The translations under genes and the position numbers were made by a program. The notes under the pieces were generated by a model. It was not told the DNA's origin. It did no database searches and saw only the letters and a program-made list of their open reading frames with translations. A stretch of 64,000 nucleotides of DNA from Octopus vulgaris (taxonomy: Eukaryota): the NCBI GenBank assembly GCA_951406725.2, contig OX597826.1:70990001-71054000 (forward strand), read 5' to 3'. The first letter of the stretch is position 1. Each line of letters begins with the position of its first letter. Positions 14,738 through 29,517 of the stretch are shown piece by piece.

Positions 14738-15960
14738 TGCGTTTGTGTGTAGGTGTATATATAATATATATATACTTGCATACATGTATACATACATACT
14801 CACCCCATCCCATACACAAACATACAAGTGGAGAGGGAGGGTGTAAGTTTGAGAGTACTAGTGGGTGGATGTGAAAAATGGATTCGTGAAGGCATGTGCA
14901 TATCTGCGTCTTGGTGTCAAAGAAACACTCAGGTGAACGAATGGGGGTATGTGTCTATGCGTAAGTTGATGTGCATAGGTAGGTGTGTGTCTGCATGCCA
15001 GTGCATGTGGGTATGTATCTGTATGCGGGTGTGCATGCATGTCAAAGAGACAATATTGTAGATAGATAGAAGTGTATGCTTGTGAATAAAGTATAGGAAT
15101 AACAGGAAAGGTTATTTGAAGGGGCGGTTGCATGTGTCGGAGTATGTGTGAGGATGATGAGTCTTAATACATGGGTAAGGGAGGATGGTAGAAGGTGTGA
15201 ACGGACTGAAGGGGCTGTGAAGAAGTAGGGGAGGAAGGAAAGGATATGTGAAATTCTGGAAGAATTAGGGAAAGCGCTAGTTAAAAATAATCAGATGGTG
15301 AATTCAAAGAGCAAAGCGTGTGCATTTGGAGAGGGAAGTTGAGCACACCTTCGCTCAGGAGGCGAGTGGTAGATAAGATGTGTTATAGGGTAGTTTGAAT
15401 TTATTTCGCAAGTCAATGGAACGAAATAGCACAGAAACACACCTGGTGTTATCCTAAATACAAAATGTGCGCCATTTTAGAGGACAGGCTCACAAGGGAC
15501 TGCGTTAATAAGCAATGGAGTCAAGTATACAGATGCGGAAAAATTCGCATTATGAATGTGTGCATGTCAGTGTGCGTATGTGTGCATGTATGTACGTATG
15601 TATGTATGTATGTATGTATGTATGTATGTATGTATGTATATACATTGGCGAGTGGACCAATGAAAAATGGCAACACTACCAGGGCCAGTGGACCAACGTA
15701 ACATGTAAACATTACCAGGATTACCCTGATTCTAAATATGTGATATATGAGGTTGTCTGAATATGTTCCACAAACAAGTGAGCCAAAGTAAAATGGAAAC
15801 ACTCCAGGAATATTCTCTTCCGAATATGTCCCCTTGCCCCACCCTCGTGCTGACTACAATCCAGAAAAACCATGTAAACACATGGTTATAGCCTTTAGAA
15901 GTATGAATTATATATCTATCTATCTGCCAATATGTATATGTATATATATATATATATATA

Positions 15961-16321
15961 TTATATATAATCTGTTCTGTCTGTCTGTGTGTGTGTCTTT
16001 TAGGATCTCGAGCATCGTCCATCCGATTGCGCTCAAATTTGATATGTAGATACCGACGGTACCAGGGCGTGTATAAGTCTTGAAAAAATTACAAAAATCG
16101 ATTCCAGGTGAGAATGTGATCGATAAAACAGTGGGAAAATTGTTTTTCTTTGTAATAGAAAAAGGTCTATCTTTATTTCTTCTTTTGCTGGTGTCTCAAA
16201 TTTAGGTTAAATCAGTGTTTCTCATGGGACTATGGGACGATCGGACAAGTTGTTTTGGGAAAATATGGTTTAACTGTTTGACAACTCAGCACCGTCCGTT
16301 GGACGGGGGACGTTTTGCTCG
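15961..16321 (+). mobile_element. Non-autonomous Helitron-like element (family H2)
   Basis: 5' TATATAATCTGTTCTGTCTGTCTG, subterminal hairpin CCGTCCGTTGGACGG, 3' end CTCG|T; homologous copy at 48274-48665. Confidence 0.7.
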
Positions 16322-16547
16322 TATTTATATATATATATATATTTTGCTATATATATATGTGTGTGTGTGTGTGTAGAATATATATATTGTGTATATATGC
16401 GTGTGTGCGTGTGTGTGTGTGTGTACATACATACATAATCATTCATACATGATGTGTATGACATGAAAGCAAGACATTATAACAGTTGCCGCTATATTTA
16501 ACCAGTCACGCAACGATGAATATGGAGAAACGGAGAGAGAGAGAGAA

Positions 16548-16610
<63 letters not shown>

Positions 16611-17427
16611 AAGAAGAGAGGAAAAAAGCTCACTCTACTGATAAAACTGTAAAAAATACATTTTTGTAGATGGCAAAAAAATATGGATATTTGCAAATTG
16701 ATGTGGCTCAATCGGATCGTTAATTGCCATCAATGTTTTTAGCGGAATGGATGGCTGTTGCTTTTATCTATTTTATTTTAAACGAAATATTTTCGTAAAA
16801 TCAACAACTTTTAAGATGTTTTACCTCATTTAAAACAAAAATAAAGAAATAATTCAAGTGATCAGAACAAAATCATAGCATTTAAATTAGATTATCGAAT
16901 GCGTGTGAAAATATTTCTAGTTTCCGTTTCCGGAAATGTCAATGAATATTTCGTTTCAATGCTTAATTTCCGGTAACATTCTATACCATATTCTGTTATT
17001 CCTTAAGCGAATTAAACAACACGTATTAAGCAAGAAGAAAAAGTGATAAATACCGAATATTTATTCTTAAGCCAACATTCCAACCTACTTTATTTTCATT
17101 TATTTATTTAATTCTATTTTTTTGTCATTTTTTTTTCTCAGATTCTTTTTCATTCTTCTATTCTTTATCAATTTCATTTTGTTTTTACCATCTGTGTTCT
17201 TAGTTTCATTACAGGATACGATAAATTTGAAAATCCATTATGAGAAAATTCTATTTGATTGACAACATTGAGTTAATTTCCAGATTAGATGTCAATGAAT
17301 CGTTACAATAACATATAATATTTCGTTCACTCGCATTTATCTATTAATTCCTTTCCTTAAGCTTTCTGTCTTTTCTATCGAATTTTTCTCAATTTATTCA
17401 TCTAGTTTTAGATGAAAATACGATGGA

Positions 17428-17465
<38 letters not shown>

Positions 17466-17467
17466 GA

Positions 17468-17586
<119 letters not shown>

Positions 17587-17675
17587 CAATAATAATAATA
17601 ATATGAGGGAATATTATTCCAAACTTACAGGAGTAAATTCAATTTAGAAATGCTAAATCAAATTTCACAAATATA

Positions 17676-17728
<53 letters not shown>

Positions 17729-17846
17729 ACTAAATATATACGTTTTATTTATTATTTTGCACATTACTTAATCATCGTTATATGTTTTATCTAATATTTA
17801 ATCTTTCTATAATATATAATTTTTCTAAATGGTATTATTTATTCTA

Positions 17847-17916
<70 letters not shown>

Positions 17917-18003
17917 GCACATACATACATGCCCTGCATACATACATACATACATACATACATACATACATACATACATACATACATACATACATACATT
18001 TTT

Positions 18004-18180
18004 TGTTGGCACTCCGTCGCTTACGACGACGAGGGTTCCAGTTGATCCGATCAATGGAACAGCCTGCTCGTGAAATCAACGTGCAAGTGACTGAGCACTC
18101 CACAGACATGTGTACCCTTAACGTAGTTCTCTAGGAGATTCAGCGTGACACAGTGTGTCAAGGCTGGCCCTTTGAATTAC
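18004..18180 (-). mobile_element. 3' part of an RTE-tailed SINE (Ceph-SINE-like)
   Basis: Same sequence as 40465-40581 (GGAACCCTCGTCGTCGTAA..GACGGAGTGC) with a short CAAAA tail; family assignment from memory. Confidence 0.65.
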
Positions 18181-18323
18181 TAGTCTACCAGATAGATGGA
18201 AGAGCATTGTAGAAAAGGAAGGAGAGTATATTTTAGATTTAAAAAGAACTTTGTTTATCATAATTCTGAAAAATAAAAGAGTTTTTTTTAAAAAAACAGC
18301 ATTGTTTATGGGATGACCCAATA
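18179..18323 (+). mobile_element. 3' end of a mariner transposon
   Basis: LPDRWKSIVEKEGEYILD transposase C-terminus, then TIR ..TTTATGGGATGACCCAA and TA. Confidence 0.8.
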
Positions 18324-18911
18324 TTTTCTGTAACCTATCGGCTCGATGATCCAAATAAGGAACCCTTACTTAGCCGCTAATCTTGATCGACAAACAGCCT
18401 AATCTTCCTCATGTCACATCAATTGTTTTAAAATCTTACAATACAAAGAAGACATGTGTATCCTTGATAGTGCAATCCCAGATATTCTGCACTTCTTAAA
18501 AATGATGCTATAGTCACGACTGGAACGCCTTAGATGATAGATCGGGTCAATCATTACTGACGTGTAAAAACAACAAATTGCATTTGCGTGTGTCAGTGTG
18601 CGCTTACTATGCATATATGTATTATGTATATATGTATGTGTGTGCTGTGAGTATGTGTGTTTTAATATCCATTTGTGTCAGCCACGCCAACAGAATAAAG
18701 TGGATAGTGGTATTGTTTTTATTGTCAAGTTTTAGTAGTTGCCAGCAATGATCTCAGGAATTATTCTTCAACTGATAATATCGTCATCGTTGGCTTGAAA
18801 ACGTTTGTTTAATCATTAATTCCATGTTCAAAGAACGAAAACAGTTCTCAGCTTACTTGGTTGCTGTAACTAAGCGTCAATATTTTTTGTTTCTCTGTTG
18901 TTGTTCCTTAG

Positions 18912-19209
<298 letters not shown>

Positions 19210-19308
19210 TATATATTAATTAGGGAATAAAAATTCCGGCGTCACAGAGATTCAAATAAATTGAATTATTCTCGATAAGGAAATATATGTATATATATAT
19301 ATACACAG

Positions 19309-19366
<58 letters not shown>

Positions 19367-19463
19367 CATTTAATATATATATATATATAAATATATGCAC
19401 TCACATACACACTCACATACACACTCACGTATGCACACAAACACACGCAAACACGCACGTACA

Positions 19464-19770
19464 CAAGTAATTCCTCAAGGAGCTTATCATCAAACTCAAC
19501 TGGACGTCCTGTTCGATCTTCATCTTCAAGGCTGAAATCTCCACTCCTGTATTTTGCAAACCATCTTCTGCAAGTTCTTTCATTCAAGCATTCTTTCCCA
19601 TAAACTGAGTGTATGTTTCGAGTCGCTTCAGCCGCAGAGTTTCCTTTTTTGTACTCATAAAGCATTTTGTACCTTTAATGCTCTTTGGATACTTCCATGT
19701 TAGAAAGGGTTTTAATCAAATAAAGATTAATTCTATTATTCTGTAAAATATTATTTAATTAGTTTAAGTA
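19464..19770 (-). mobile_element. 5' part of a mariner transposase (HTH domain)
   Basis: MLYEYKKGNSAAEATRNIHSVYGKECLNERTCRRWFAKYRSGDFSLEDEDRTGRPVEFDDKLL is a typical mariner N-terminal HTH; the ORF then runs into microsatellite. Confidence 0.9.
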
Positions 19771-19772
19771 CT

Positions 19773-20153
19773 CTCTTTCTACTCTTTTACTTGTTTCAGT
19801 CATTTGACTGTAGCCATGCTGGAGCACCGCCTTTAGTCGAGCAAATCGACTTCAGGACTTATTCTATCGGTCTTTTTTGCCGAATTGCTAAGTTACGGGG
19901 ACGTAAAACCACCAGCATCTGTTATCAAGCGATGTTGGGGGTGACAAACACAGACACACAAATATATACACACACATACATATGTATGTATACATATATA
20001 CGACGAGCTTCTTTCAGTTTCCGTCTACCAAATCCACTCACAAGGCTTTGGTCGGCCCCAGGCTATAGCAGAAGACACTTGCCCAAGGTGCCACGCAGTG
20101 GGACTGTACCTGGAACCATATGGTTCGTAAGCAAGCTACTTATCACACAGCCA
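19773..20153 (-). mobile_element. SINE family D
   Basis: Reverse complement of 49420-49823 including the (GTAAAAGA)n tail. Confidence 0.9.
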
Positions 20154-21592
20154 CAAATGCATAAAAATATTTTTTAAAATTCCATTAGACATTCAGAAAT
20201 ATTATCAAATTTCATTCAATTTTAAAATAGGTAAAATCGGACTGAACTTATGAGATGACCTGATAAAGGGTGTGTTAACCACTCTTCCTATTCTTCTACT
20301 GTACAATTTGTAAGTCTCATCATTTGGTATAATAGATTTATTTTTATTTTGGAGAAGATATGCATGGAAAAAGGTCATCTTACCTTTCTTGTGCGCATAC
20401 AGCCTATTTGCTAACACACTAACACTTACATTGCTACATGCGAGATTACGTAAGCATTAGCGTGTCGGCAAACGGCTAAATGAACAAAACTATGGACACA
20501 AGTAATTGCCTACAAACATGCTTTCTATATTAAATAAGCTGTATCCGCTAATTCTTCTAAAGCTTCAGCAGCTGGATAATCAAGCAGTGAGTTCTATTAA
20601 GAGATGACTATAAAATTGTGATTCGTTGGTTTTAAGAAGCTGCTGTGATGTTTTGAATATTTGGTTATTAACGAGGAGAAACCATTTGGCTTTAACATCG
20701 ACGTTTCTTTCAAAGAATTTATTTCTCATAATGAGCCTTTTTATGGCTTATTGAAAGGAGGAAGAGCAGCGTTTGTGACCTTCTGCATGGCCTTGGAAAC
20801 GGAATGAGGCAAAAAGGGACGAAGTTGTCCTTACAACTGTAAGGGGAAAGGATATTTTCTTCCACATTTTTGTACTTCCGTAAACAAAACTTGAAAGATA
20901 TAATTTCATAAAATAAAATATCTAAATTGTCTTTAGATAGGAAAATAAGAAAGACAAGTTAACACAAGCAAATGGATATTTCCTTATAATTAAACTATAA
21001 TCTATGCTCAATAAACAAATAATTGGCAGAGATAAATCTCCCGCTTTATTCAATGATTCCATTAAAACATAGCCACACAAAATTGCAAATTAGAACATGC
21101 AGCTACGAAGAAATCAAATTTTAAAGAAACATTATGCCGGAGAAACGGATGATAAATCTCAAGAAAAGGGGTCAGAGTGTAAGAGATAGAAAAGCGTGAA
21201 TCTTACACACCAAAGTTTGCATGAAACCGACAGGTTGACAACATAATTTTGAACACTTAGTTAGAAGTCAACAAATCTATATGAGCCATATAGGATCCCG
21301 AATTCTTACGTAAATATGACGACGCCATATTCATTTATTCTCATGCGAATTTATAACTTTCAGTATAATGAGCTTGTCGCATAAAGCAGCAGTATAAGCC
21401 TATTATGTGTTTAGTAGCTTTTACTGAAATGTCAACGAATGTATTTAGGAAAAGAGGACATTAAAACTAACTGAAATACGAGAATATTCTACAGTGTATA
21501 AAAACTTTACACCCATTGGAATATATGTGTGTGTATTTGAGTCTGTGTGTGGCAGTGTATGAGTTATAATTTTATATTTTTATATTATATTA

Positions 21593-21720
21593 TCTATATT
21601 AATAAAAGCGAAATTCTGTCTGTCTGGGATCCTTGTATCTCAGTCTACATATGCTGTACATAGACATATTATTCCTTTTTGGAATCAGGATGATCTCAGG
21701 ATTGAAACACTGCCCTCCAT
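21593..21720 (+). mobile_element. Helitron-like 5' end fragment
   Basis: A|TCTATATTAATAAAAGCGAAATTCTGTCTGTCTG has the same style as the 5' ends at 50288 and 57659. Confidence 0.45.
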
Positions 21721-22382
21721 TTGGTTCTTGAACATCCAGCATTGGGTTGCTATTTCTAGCAGGTAAAGCGACCGTGAGAGGTACAAGAGTTACCTCCCTT
21801 AGCTTTAAGTTTTACTGAGTTTACTGAGGAATTTAGTGGATCTTTTATCTTTTTCAGTAATTACACTGCGACCACACTGGGACATCGCCTTGAAGAATTT
21901 CAATCGAATAAATTGATACCACTTCTTTCTTTTTTATGCCTGGCACTTTATTGACCTCTTTTACCGAACCGCTAAGTTACGTGAACGTAAACATAGTAAC
22001 ACCGGTCATCAAGCGGGGGACAAACATAGACACAATGTCACAATACATATATACATCCATAAAAATAATAAAAATATATAAATATATAAATTTGTCATGT
22101 CATTAAAAATGATTATTGAGCACATGGATAAAGCGGGCTTGTTTTTGGCCCTAGTATTACTCACTGAGGAGAACAAAGTGACCATTCACAAAGTTCAAAA
22201 TCACTGTAATATGGGTATGTTCGATTCCATTGTCGATTCTTATCGTCTGTGGTACATGGTCTTAAAATTTCACTGCTCATTCCCTCGATTTCGCCCTAAT
22301 GTACAAGTGAAAACTGTGGTTTTAAGTCGTTTTGACTGCTATCTTTAGCATACTTTGCTACAAGTAGTACCCTTCATTATAA

Positions 22383-22441
<59 letters not shown>

Positions 22442-22460
22442 TATATATATATATGTATAT

Positions 22461-22672
22461 GTTCAAAATGTAACCAGATGTGAATCGTTGGTGATTTTCT
22501 TCCTCTGTCTTCCCTTCTATTGGACTTTCCTCGGTTTCCGAAGAAGAGCGTCTGCTCGAAACGTTAAACCATCTTTCTTTCCTTCCCTGAACGTCTTCTA
22601 ATACATTACATGTACCATATCCTTGCGTTGTTGTGTTTTTTATGTTTGTTCTTTTTTTGGATTTACTATATA
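22461..22672 (+). mobile_element. Penelope-like terminal-repeat fragment with hammerhead-like motif
   Basis: Homologous to 26742-26935 and 63766-63975; flanked by TA runs. Confidence 0.65.
22533..22570 (+). ncRNA. Minimal type I hammerhead-ribozyme-like motif (variant core CCGAAGA)
   Basis: GGTTT-CCGAAGA-A-GAGC(GTCT)GCTC-GAAACGT-T-AAACC: helix I GGTTT/AAACC, helix II GAGC/GCTC, palindromic ACGT helix III. Confidence 0.55.
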
Positions 22673-23490
22673 TCTTCTATTTAAAAATTTAAAAGAATTC
22701 TAAAAGTATTTCATTTCAACTGAATTTAAAGTAATACCATATTGATAGGGTACCAATAAATGCTTCATTATTATCGCTGTCTTGGGTTTGGGGTCGCAGG
22801 TCCAATTAGCCCTCCGCGGGAGCTAGCTCCCTCCGCAGGAGCTAGTATATATGTATATATGCAATATTGTATAAAATGAATATGCATACCTCATATGAAT
22901 ATATAAATGAGTATGTGTGTGTGTGTATATATATATATGTGTGTGTGTGTGTGTGCGTGTGTGTGTGTGTGTGTATGTGTGTATGTATATATACGTATGT
23001 ATATACATATATGTATACATGTGTTTTTGTTAGGGATGTGTGTTTTCAGACAAATAGTTTGACGTCATACCGCAATTAGTTTAGAATGAAAGGTTTAAAT
23101 GTGTCCTTACAATCAACCAATCAGTATAGATTACTGACCTAATGTTAATGTGGACATGCACAGTATGTGTGTGTGTATGTGTGTGTATGTGTGCCTGTGT
23201 GTGTGTGTCTGTGTGTGTCTGTGTGTGTAATAGCCCATGAATTCAGTGATCTGCATTCTCTATGAATTTCGTAAAAGCAACAACACGACACATTATGCAA
23301 GATAATTTCAAGCAGATTGAAAAAGTGTAAATGGGTATCGCGTGAGTTGTCCCCTAAAATTAAAGCAGCCCAAAATAACGAGAAAATCATTAGGCTGTGA
23401 AGTTCTACCTCGTCCTCCCTATTCACAAAATATAACACCATCAGATTTTCTCTTATGCAAAACACTTTAACACTCTACTATAGGAAAAAC

Positions 23491-23752
23491 GTGGAGGCGC
23501 GTGGCTTAGTGGTTAGGGTGTCAGCATCATGATCGTAAGATTGTGATTTCGATTCCTGGACAGGGCGACGCATTGGCGTTCTTGAGCAAAACACTTCATT
23601 TCACGTTGCTCCACTCCACTCAGCAGGCAAAAATGAGTAACGCTGCGATGGACTGGCGTCCCATCCAGCTGGGGGACACATACGCCAATGAAACCGGGAA
23701 ACCAGGCCCATGAGCCTGGCTAGGCTTTAAAAGGGTGCATTTATTTATTTTT
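23491..23752 (+). mobile_element. Full-length tRNA-derived CORE-like SINE family B
   Basis: Box A TGGCTTAGTGG, box B TTTCGATTCC, CTTGAGCAAAACACTT core, (TTTA)n tail; TSD TAGGAAAAAC at 23481-23490 and 23753-23762. Confidence 0.9.
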
Positions 23753-24789
23753 TAGGAAAAACATTCTGAAGCATGCTTTCATAAAAACATGATTTTGTTT
23801 GTTTTGTTTTGTTGGTTTGGTTGGTGTGTTTGGTTGTTTGTTTGTTTTTAATACACAAGTAAGCAGAAAGCTGGTTTCGAGGTGGGGGAAATGCTACTGT
23901 TAACGATTGCGATATGTATACGATATGTTTTACGCTGATAGTTTTCTTTTGAGTGAAAATTCTACCGAGGTCGACTTTGCCTTTCATCTCTTCCTGGCCT
24001 ATAAAATAAGTACCAATTGAGCAGTGAATTCGATATAATCGACTTACCCACTCCCTTAAAATGTCAGACCTTGTGCCTGCTGTGAGAAAGGATTATTAAA
24101 TACAAATCCATATGTAAAAATACATACATGTAGTGGATGACAAAATCGCTGGGATGGTCGAAATACTTAGTCGCCTAGCTTTACGCCTCCATCTCAAGTC
24201 ACGCCTTGGTCGACTTTGTCTTTCTCTAGACAGGGTTCGATAAAGTAGGTACCAATGAAATTTGGGTTCTCATACTGATTATAATATATATATTCTGAAA
24301 ATAATTCTATCACAAAGATTCAAAACATCCTCTGGGTACACATTATAAGCGGAGATCAACATTTTGTCTTTTTTTAATGTTGTTTTGCTTTCATTTTCCA
24401 TTTAAGCTTTCTTTTATTCTGTTATTAGTTTCCGATAGCGAATTGGGTGGACTCTGGACACAGCATTCCCTAAACGATATGGCCTTATGACTAAATTAGA
24501 AATTATTATTACTATTAACTATATTACGATCTCTGTTTGGTTAAAGAATATATACTAACATACGCAAACACACGCATAAATATATATATATTGCATATTA
24601 CGTAATGCATTAATTAAAACCATCGTAGCGAATGATAAAACCAATGGCTGTTGTTAGATACGAGACCAATCTTCTATTGATGTCCTATTAAGATGAAACG
24701 CGGAATTGGAATATTCACTCAGGCGTCCTTCCATCTCTTCACTTTGTGCATGTTAGTTTTTCTTTGAATAGATGTATGTGAACATTGAG

Positions 24790-25431
24790 CATCAGTGTGT
24801 GGGGAAGGTCCCATTGTGCGTGTACGTTGCGTATTTCTTGTTTGTGTGTTTGTGTGGTTGTGCGTTGCATTTATACGTATGTTTGTAGTACACATCTTTT
24901 ATGTGTCTACGTGCATATGTATGTCTGTAGTGCGTATTTCCGTGGGTGTTCCTGCATGTGTGTGTGTGTGTGTGTGCCTGTATGTATGCCTGTGTGTGTG
25001 TGTGTATCTGTGTATGAGTCTCTGTGCCTGTTTATGTGTGTGTTTATGTGAATGTATCTGTGTGTTTGTGGGCGGGGGGGTATGCGTGTGTATGTATATG
25101 CGATTATATGCGATTATATGCGATTGTATGCTTGTATATGTATATGTGTGTGCGTGTGTATGTATGTGTATCAGTGAAGGTCTTCTTGAGTGTTTATCTG
25201 AGTATATCTGCTTTGTGTGTTACACGTGTATGTGTATGCCTATGTGTTCGTGTTTGCATTTAAATGAATGTTAGCTTGTGTGTGTATCCGTGTGTGTGTG
25301 TGTATCCGTGTGTGTGTGTGTATCCGTGTGTGTGCGTGTATGTATGTATATATATGTGTGTGTGTGTATGTATGTATATATATATATGTGTGTGTGTATG
25401 TATGTATATATATATTTATGTGTGTGTGTAT

Positions 25432-25462
<31 letters not shown>

Positions 25463-25945
25463 AGTGCGTGTGTGTGTGCATGCGTGTACGTGTGGATACA
25501 TATATACACACATATGTCTGTGTATATCTACGCGACTGTGTGCACATGTGTGTGCGTATTTATGTGTATGTGTGTGTGTGCGTGTGTCTGTGTGTGTGTG
25601 TGTCTGTGTGTGCGTGTGTATACATGTATACACACGTATGTGTGTAGATATCTACATGACTATGTACACGTACGTGTGCGTATGTATATGTGTATGTTCC
25701 GGTTTAGGTGTGAGTGCGTGTAATTGTGTGTATGCATCAGTGTGTGACCGTGCACATACTAACTATGAGCATATATCAGAGTGTGCTTATCTGTATGCGT
25801 TAGTGTATAACTGTGTATGAATGTTTATCTCTCTGTGTACATCTGTGTCTATATGCGAGTGCGTAATTGCGTTTGTCAGTGTATGGTGTGTCTGTGATAT
25901 TTCTGTGTGTGTATGTGTTCTATGGTTGCGTTTATATGTGCTTGT
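24790..25945. repeat. Degenerate (TG)/(TA)-rich low-complexity tract
   Basis: Direct inspection. Confidence 0.9.
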
Positions 25946-26493
25946 GGTTGAAAATACACCTCTCTTAAATTATTTAGATCAGACAAGGCAGTATGTGTCA
26001 GAAACTAAACAGCCCAGAATTCAACACCCCCGGGATTTAAATTACGTATAAAATAATGGTCCCTGATCTGGGCTCAAGGCCAGCAATTTTGGGAGAGAAG
26101 TGGTTAGTCGATATCATCGACCCCAGTCGATGGCACTTTATTTTATCGACCCCCAAGAAGGCGAATAGGGTGAGAGTGAACAGTCGATTTTATCGAATTT
26201 AGATTTTCTCCTTATTTCAACATCGAGATTGTGTGATGAGGTCGGCAGGATTATAACTCAGGACGTAAAATCCGTAAATAAAAACAACGAATATATTACT
26301 TGACTTTGTAATGATTCTACCAATCCATCGCCCTAAATATAATCTTTTCATTTGCCACAATGACTCATGTATTAATACAAAAACGTATTACAAAATGTAT
26401 AGGAATAAACACGCACACAGACATACACACATGCGTGCACACGCACACACACGCACACACACGCACACACACACACAAATATATATTTCATCA

Positions 26494-26725
26494 TGGCGGC
26501 GGGCTGGCAGAAACGTTAGCACGCCGGGCGAAATGCGTAGCCGTATTTCGTCTGTCGTTACGTTCTGGGTTCAAATTCCGCCGAGGTCTACTTTGCCTTT
26601 CATCCTTTCGGGGTCGATAAATTAAGCACCAGTTACGCACTGGGGTCAATGCAATCGACTTAATCCATTTGTCTGTCCTTGTTTGTCCCCTCTGTGTTTA
26701 GCCCCTTGTGGGTAGTAAAAAAAAA
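26494..26725 (+). mobile_element. SINE family C monomer
   Basis: Full head and body; TSD ATATATATTTCATCATG on both sides. Confidence 0.9.
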
Positions 26726-26741
26726 TATATATATATATATT

Positions 26742-26935
26742 TCATCATGTTGAACCGTTAATCCCTACACATTTTTTCTCTCTCCGTTTTTTTTTTTTCT
26801 TAATCCTTTCTATCGAAGAGCGCTGGCTCGAAACGTCGAAGACATTTCCATTATTTCCCAGCGTTAAACTAATACACTTGCTTGTTGTTCCTACACCTAT
26901 CTTCGTCTTTTATTTTCTGTAAATTTGAACTATAT
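26742..26935 (+). mobile_element. Penelope-like terminal-repeat fragment with degenerate hammerhead-like motif (26806-26841)
   Basis: CTTT-CTATCGA-A-GAGC(GCTG)GCTC-GAAACGT-C-GAAG; homologous to 63766-63975. Confidence 0.6.
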
Positions 26936-26995
26936 GTGGGTGTCTGTGTGTATGTATGTATGTATGTATGTATCATATGTATGTATGTATGTTTA

Positions 26996-27214
26996 AGGCG
27001 GCGAGCTGGCAGAAACGTTAGCGCGCCGGGCGAAATGCTTAGCGGTATTTCATCCGAGTTCAAATTCCGCCAAGGTCGACTTTGCCTTTCATCCTTTCGG
27101 GGTCGATAAATAAAGTACCAGTTACGCACTGGGGTCGATGTAATCGACTTAATACCTATGTCTGTCCTTGTTTGTCCCCTCTGTGTTCAGCCCCTTGTGG
27201 GTAGTAAAGAAATA
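26996..27214 (+). mobile_element. SINE family C monomer
   Basis: Head GGCGGCGAGCTGGCAGAAACG; TSD ATATGTATGTATGTATGTTT. Confidence 0.9.
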
Positions 27215-27276
27215 TATGTATGTATGTATGTTTGTATGTATGTATGTATGTATGTATGTATGCATGTATGTATGTA

Positions 27277-27682
27277 CTAGCTGAGGTACCCGGTAATACC
27301 CGGGAGTGGGGATATTCCAAGGACCCATTATAATGCCTAGTTTCTCTCAGACGAAAAGTGAAATCAAAACAGGACAGATAATAGATGACGTAAGCAAATT
27401 CATTCACGAAACAATAATACAAATAAATACGCGTGGAATCGGAAAATGGCAGTCGTTTGGTCAGATGAGTGAAAGCTGCAAATATATAATCAATGGAAAC
27501 ATCAAGAAGGGAATTGTAAAGGAGTGCTATGAAAAAAAAGAACATAAATGTATGTGTGTGTATGTATGTATGTATGTATGTATGTATGTGTATCTTGGCG
27601 GCGTGTCTTCTGCTATAGCCCCGGGCCGACCAATGCCTTGTGAGTGGATTTGGTAGACGGAAACTGAAAGAAGCCTGTCGTA

Positions 27683-27727
<45 letters not shown>

Positions 27728-28420
27728 TTGTGTGTCTGTGTTTGTCCCCCTAGCATTGCTTGACGACCGATGCTGGTGTGTTTACGTCCCCGTCACTTAG
27801 CGGTTCGGCAAAAGTGACCGATAGAATAAGTACTGGGCTTACAAAGAATAAGTCCCGGGGTCGATTTGCTCGACAAAAGGCGGTGCTCCAGCGTGGCCGC
27901 AGTCAAATGACTGAAACAAGTAAAAGAGAAAAGAGAAAAGATAAAGTAAAAGAGAAAATATTTATTCAGAGAAAAGGCATTTAATTTGACGATTGTGTTT
28001 CACGGGTATAATTCCACGGATTGATTGCAACGGCTAGAATCGACAATTTAAAGAGCAGCTGTTAAGAAAATACATGTTACATGTTTTAGCACACGACGCT
28101 GCAGCGTTTAGAATCGATAATTTTAAGTGCAGGTGTAAATAAACTACATGTTACAATAACCTGAGAATGCTGAAATAATTGGTGAACATTGTAACCCTAC
28201 AACAATTTCTTTAATCAGTTAATCAAAAATTGCTTGAGTGGCCGATGTAAAATTTTCTTTTTGTCTCAACCCATCCATAGCGCATATTCCATATGTGTAT
28301 AAAATTTCAAGAAAATTGGTTGGAAACTTTAAAAGTTATGGCAGAAAGTAACATTCATATGAGAATTTGCATTGGAATGTCCTACTGATTTTTGAAAAGT
28401 CAATATGTATATCAATACAT
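27277..28420 (-). mobile_element. Helitron-like element, interrupted by a family D SINE
   Basis: Minus-strand 3' end CCCGGGTATTACCGGG hairpin ... CTAG|T at 27277; the 5' boundary is uncertain. Confidence 0.5.
27604..27950 (+). mobile_element. SINE family D, 5'-truncated
   Basis: Matches ~49505-49823. Confidence 0.88.
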
Positions 28421-28445
28421 ATATTATATATTTATACATATATAT

Positions 28446-28656
28446 ATTATATAAAAGGGCTTAGTAAAATAAATTACTTTGCCACATACTGAACTCATTA
28501 GAAATAGTAGCTAAAAAAACTTTTGAGCAAACACTATATGAGAGAGATTTTCTTTAAGTATTAGAAATAGTTTTAAAAAAGTTTTTTTTAGCTACTATTT
28601 CTAATGAGTTCAGTATGTGGCAAAGTAATTTATTTTACTAAGCCCTTTTATATAAT
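28446..28656. repeat. ~79-bp near-perfect inverted repeat with ~52-nt spacer, between TA tracts
   Basis: 28446-28524 versus 28577-28656; the arms differ only in an A7/T8 homopolymer length. Confidence 0.95.
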
Positions 28657-28749
28657 GTAATAATTTGAATTCGCCTTAAATGGTCCCTTTACATACTGAA
28701 TACTTGGTGAAATTGATTAATAATTAATTAATTTTACCCTCAATTGTTG

Positions 28750-28838
<89 letters not shown>

Positions 28839-29102
28839 ATATTGGAAGGTCTGGAGATGATGTACAGGTATTATATATTAGAAGAAATGAGGTAATCAGA
28901 AGATCGGATGGTTTATATTTACAGATATTTATTTATATATTACATTTTTTACATATATATCATATCACTTAGATTATTAGCGCTTTCTCCCATTCTAGTG
29001 GGGTTTTCAAATCAAAATAAGTTCCTTTGTGGGGAATTTTAATCATTTTATAGAGTTTCGTAGTGGTGGGGAGGAATATAAGACAGTACAAGAGGCTGAG
29101 GT

Positions 29103-29150
<48 letters not shown>

Positions 29151-29424
29151 GCATATATACATATATATACACACATATATATATACATATATGTATATAT
29201 ATTTGCATATATATAAAGGGCAAAATATGTGCTTATATCTGTCCTTATGTGTACATGCATGCATACCTACATAAATACGTACATGCATACATGCATACAT
29301 ACATACATACATACACACACATACACACATACACACATACATACATACATACATATACACACATACACACACACACACATATACACATACATACATACAT
29401 ACATACATACATACATACATACAT

Positions 29425-29461
<37 letters not shown>

Positions 29462-29482
29462 TACACACATACATACATACAT

Positions 29483-29517
<35 letters not shown>

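Noticed and set aside
15645-15900. Possible host exons in unique-looking sequence (also 39960-40440, 44085-44240, 46720-46960)
   Set aside because: Short frames with stops and no recognisable domain; cannot be supported without RNA-seq or homology search
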